Of a stretch of DNA of 64,000 bases, positions 61,445-64,000 are shown piece after piece. Source of the stretch: a candidate division WOR-3 bacterium. GTDB taxonomy: Bacteria > Hydrothermota > Tepidihabitantia > Tepidihabitantales > Tepidihabitantaceae. How positions within the stretch are numbered: position 1 is the first letter of the stretch; every line of letters starts with the position of its first letter. The DNA is taken from positions 117,488 to 181,487 of the forward strand of contig CBFGKH010000006.1 in the NCBI GenBank assembly GCA_965649295.1, read 5' to 3'. The position numbers and the translations under genes are program-made. The notes under the pieces were generated by a model that was not told the origin of the DNA, made no database searches, and was given only the letters and a program-made list of their open reading frames with translations.

Positions 61445-64000
61445 CTAACGAGCCCACCGGCGAACCCGTCGTTCTGGCGGCCGCGGCTTTGTCGGGCGGC
61501 GCCGATTGTTCGCTTTTCGTTTCTCTTCAGCTTGGTGGTAAAGCCGAGCCAGCTCGGCCAGTCGCCGCTGCACCAGACCATTGACCGAGTCGGGCGGGTA
61601 GTTGCCCCGGGCATCAGGCTTGCCGGCTGGCTTACCGGTCAAAAGCTCAATTCCGTCGTCAATCGTCCTTACGGTCCAGATATGGAACTTGCCTTGCCGC
61701 ACCGCCTCGACCACTTCTTCGCGCAGCACCAGGTCGCGCCGATTCGCCTCGGGAATCATCACGCCCTGAGTGCCGGTCAGTCCACGCGCCTGGCAGGTGG
61801 CAAAGAAGCCTTCAATCTTCTGGTTGACCCCGCCAATTGGCTGAATCTCGCCCTGCTGATTGACCGAGCCGGTGACCGCAATGTCCTGCCGCAAGGGCAG
61901 GCCAGCAAGGTCCGAAAGTAGGGCATAGACTTCGGTGGAGCTGGCTGAGTCGCCGTCAATCTGGCCGTAGGACTGCTCAAAGCAGATTGAGGCCGAAAGC
62001 ACGAGTGGCTGCCGCCGCGCATACTTCTGGCGCAGATAGCCGGTGAGAATGAAGACGCCCTTGTCATGGGTCGGGCCGGAGAGCTGGGCCTCGCGTTCAA
62101 TGTTGATGATGCCGGCCGAACCGACGCCGGTCTTGGCGGTAATCCGGGCCGGCTTGCCAAAGGCATACTCGCCGGTCGCATAGACCGCCAGCCCATTGAC
62201 CTGGCCAACCCGGGCGCCAGTCGTGTCAATGAAAATCTGGCCTTGGTCAATCGCTTCCTGCAGTTTCTCCTCAATCAGCCGGGCCCGCTCGCGCCGGGCC
62301 GCAATCGCCTGCCGGACGTGCTCGGCGGTTGTCGTCTTGGCTTTGGCCTTGCCGGCCCAGTAGTCAGCCTCCATCAGCACCTCGTTGATGATGTTGAAGC
62401 GGGTGGAGAGCTTGTCCTGGCGGCCAGCCAGCCGCGCCCCGTATTCGACCACTGCCTGCACTCCGCTCCGGTCCAGCGGCCGCAGCCCCTCCTTGACGCC
62501 GAGGCTCTTGATTACCTGGGTGTACTCGGCGACTGCGGCTGCGTTCTGCGCCATCTCCCAGTCAAAGTCGGCCCGCACCTTGAAAATCTTGCGAAAGTCC
62601 TCGTCGTAGGCCGAAAGCAGGGCATAGACCTCGGGGTCGCCAATCATTATCACCTTGACATTGATTGGCACGGGCTCGGGTTTGAGTGTGGCCGAGCCAA
62701 AGAGCAGCGAGTAGGAATCCTGGGCCGCAATGTCGAGCTGCCGATTGCGCAGGGTGCGTTTGAGCGTCGGCCAGACCCCGGGTTCGAGCAGGGCGTCAAT
62801 CGCATTGATGACAAGAAAGCCGCCGTCGGCCCGCAGTAGCGAGCCGGCCTTGATGCGGGTGAAGTCAACCCGCCACTGCCCAGCCCGGTCCCAGACCCGA
62901 TCAATCCAGCCAAAGATATTCTTATAGCTCGGATTGGTCTCAAAGATTACCGGTACCCGGTCAGCGCCGGCATTGTCAACCAGCACATTGACCCGAAACT
63001 CAAGATAGGGGTCAACATTGGCCGGCTGGTCTGCCGGCTTCTGGCGAAAGAGTTCGAGCCGCTCCAGCACCGCGTTGCGGACATCCCCAAGCCAGGCCCG
63101 GACACAGCCCGGCTTGCTCGGCGCACACTCGGGGTCAAACTTCTCGGTAATGTCGCCAATCCGCTCATCCAGCAGCGGCTGAATCGCCTCACGGTCAAGT
63201 CCAACGAGCGTCTCCCGGGCCAGCTTCTCATACTCCCGAATCTCCTTGAAGATTACCCCCAGCTCGCTCGACAGTTCGGCATAGGCGGCCCGAATCTCGG
63301 CGGCCCGCTCGGCTGTGAGCTTGCCTTCCTCGACCAGCCGGGGCAGGTCGTCAATTCGGACCGGCTGCTTGTCAACAATCGGCGCCAGGTCCGGCCGCAG
63401 AAACGGCGCGGTCTGCACCAGGGCAAACCCGGCTGCCGCAATCTTTTTCTCAAACTCGCGCACCCGGGCCCCGCCCCGCTCCTTGAACCCGTCAATCACC
63501 TCCTGCCGCTGCCGCTGATAGGCCTCGCTCTCATACGCCAAGGGCACCGACTTGACTAAATACTCAATAAACTCATCCATCGTCTGCTTGAACCGGCGGC
63601 CAGCGCCGGGCCGCAGCCGCAATAGACACGGCGAGTCCGGGTCGCGGAAGTTGGCAACATAGAGCTTGTCGTCAAGCTCGACTGGCCGGGTGCGGGTGCT
63701 CTCCAATAGTTGCCGCACCGTCGTTGTCCGACCAGTCCCAACCGGCCCAGAAACAAAGACGTTGTAACCAACCGAGTTTATCTCCAGCCCCAGCATCAGG
63801 GCATTGACTGCCCGCTGCTGACCGACAATCGTTTGGGCCAGCTTGATGTCGTCGGTCGTCGCAAACTTCCAGTCGCTAGTATCGCAGCGCCAGTAAAGCT
63901 CGTCCGGGCCGAGCTCCCGTAGCCCGGCACCGCCGGTCTCGCTCGCTAGCTTGTTCTCTCCTCGTCCCCTCGTGCCCCTTCGGCTTTGCTCTGGCCGAGC
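61445..64000 (-). CDS. Lon-like (S16, LonB/LonC-type) protease, 5' end at or beyond the window edge
   Basis: DGDSAS (catalytic Ser), PIGGVNQKIEGF (Lys), GSLLRADGG, Walker A-like GPVGTGRTT. The frame stays open with homology (CDTSDWKFATT..IVGQQRA) above 63796 and has no ATG/GTG/TTG up to 64000. Confidence 0.88.
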   Translation of the reverse strand, partial: ARPEQSRRGTRGRGENKLASETGGAGLRELGPDELYWRCDTSDWKFATTDDIKLAQTIVGQQRAVNALMLGLEINSVGYNVFVSGPVGTGRTTTVRQLLESTRTRPVELDDKLYVANFRDPDSPCLLRLRPGAGRRFKQTMDEFIEYLVKSVPLAYESEAYQRQRQEVIDGFKERGGARVREFEKKIAAAGFALVQTAPFLRPDLAPIVDKQPVRIDDLPRLVEEGKLTAERAAEIRAAYAELSSELGVIFKEIREYEKLARETLVGLDREAIQPLLDERIGDITEKFDPECAPSKPGCVRAWLGDVRNAVLERLELFRQKPADQPANVDPYLEFRVNVLVDNAGADRVPVIFETNPSYKNIFGWIDRVWDRAGQWRVDFTRIKAGSLLRADGGFLVINAIDALLEPGVWPTLKRTLRNRQLDIAAQDSYSLLFGSATLKPEPVPINVKVIMIGDPEVYALLSAYDEDFRKIFKVRADFDWEMAQNAAAVAEYTQVIKSLGVKEGLRPLDRSGVQAVVEYGARLAGRQDKLSTRFNIINEVLMEADYWAGKAKAKTTTAEHVRQAIAARRERARLIEEKLQEAIDQGQIFIDTTGARVGQVNGLAVYATGEYAFGKPARITAKTGVGSAGIINIEREAQLSGPTHDKGVFILTGYLRQKYARRQPLVLSASICFEQSYGQIDGDSASSTEVYALLSDLAGLPLRQDIAVTGSVNQQGEIQPIGGVNQKIEGFFATCQARGLTGTQGVMIPEANRRDLVLREEVVEAVRQGKFHIWTVRTIDDGIELLTGKPAGKPDARGNYPPDSVNGLVQRRLAELARLYHQAEEKRKANNRRRPTKPRPPERRVRRWAR

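Overview
GC-rich bacterial chromosomal segment with about 55 genes. I found no rRNA, tRNA, cas, transposase, integrase or phage structural genes. The lineage is inferred, not proven: many Sec-exported proteins end in an FlgD-Ig/T9SS-like C-terminal domain (..DxxGRxVR..L.PGVYxxR..), which fits an FCB-associated candidate phylum such as WOR-3. Housekeeping content: EF-P-like protein, GT4, ABC-2 exporter, pdxA, stand-alone AICAR transformylase, glmS, glmM, YgiQ radical SAM, hutH, rex, a two-component pair, surE, glyQ, clpB, hsp20, a Na/Pi cotransporter, asparaginase and a Lon-like protease. These alternate with large secreted or lipoprotein genes. Strongest leads: (1) two intergenic ~300-bp arrays with a strict 12-nt periodicity and a shared conserved head (9129-9480 and 34631-34960), plus a truncated third copy; (2) a five-gene operon pairing two phage-tail-fibre-like secreted proteins, which lack a sorting domain, with a small sorting-domain 'adaptor' and a metalloprotease; (3) tandem lipoproteins carrying thioester-domain-like FCxN and QxAVW motifs; (4) a 6S-like rod-shaped ncRNA candidate downstream of purH; (5) widespread leaderless promoter architecture; (6) a shared non-CIRCE motif upstream of clpB and hsp20. 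Several ORF-track starts were corrected using Shine-Dalgarno (SD), promoter and homology evidence. All family assignments come from motif recognition by eye, with no database searches.
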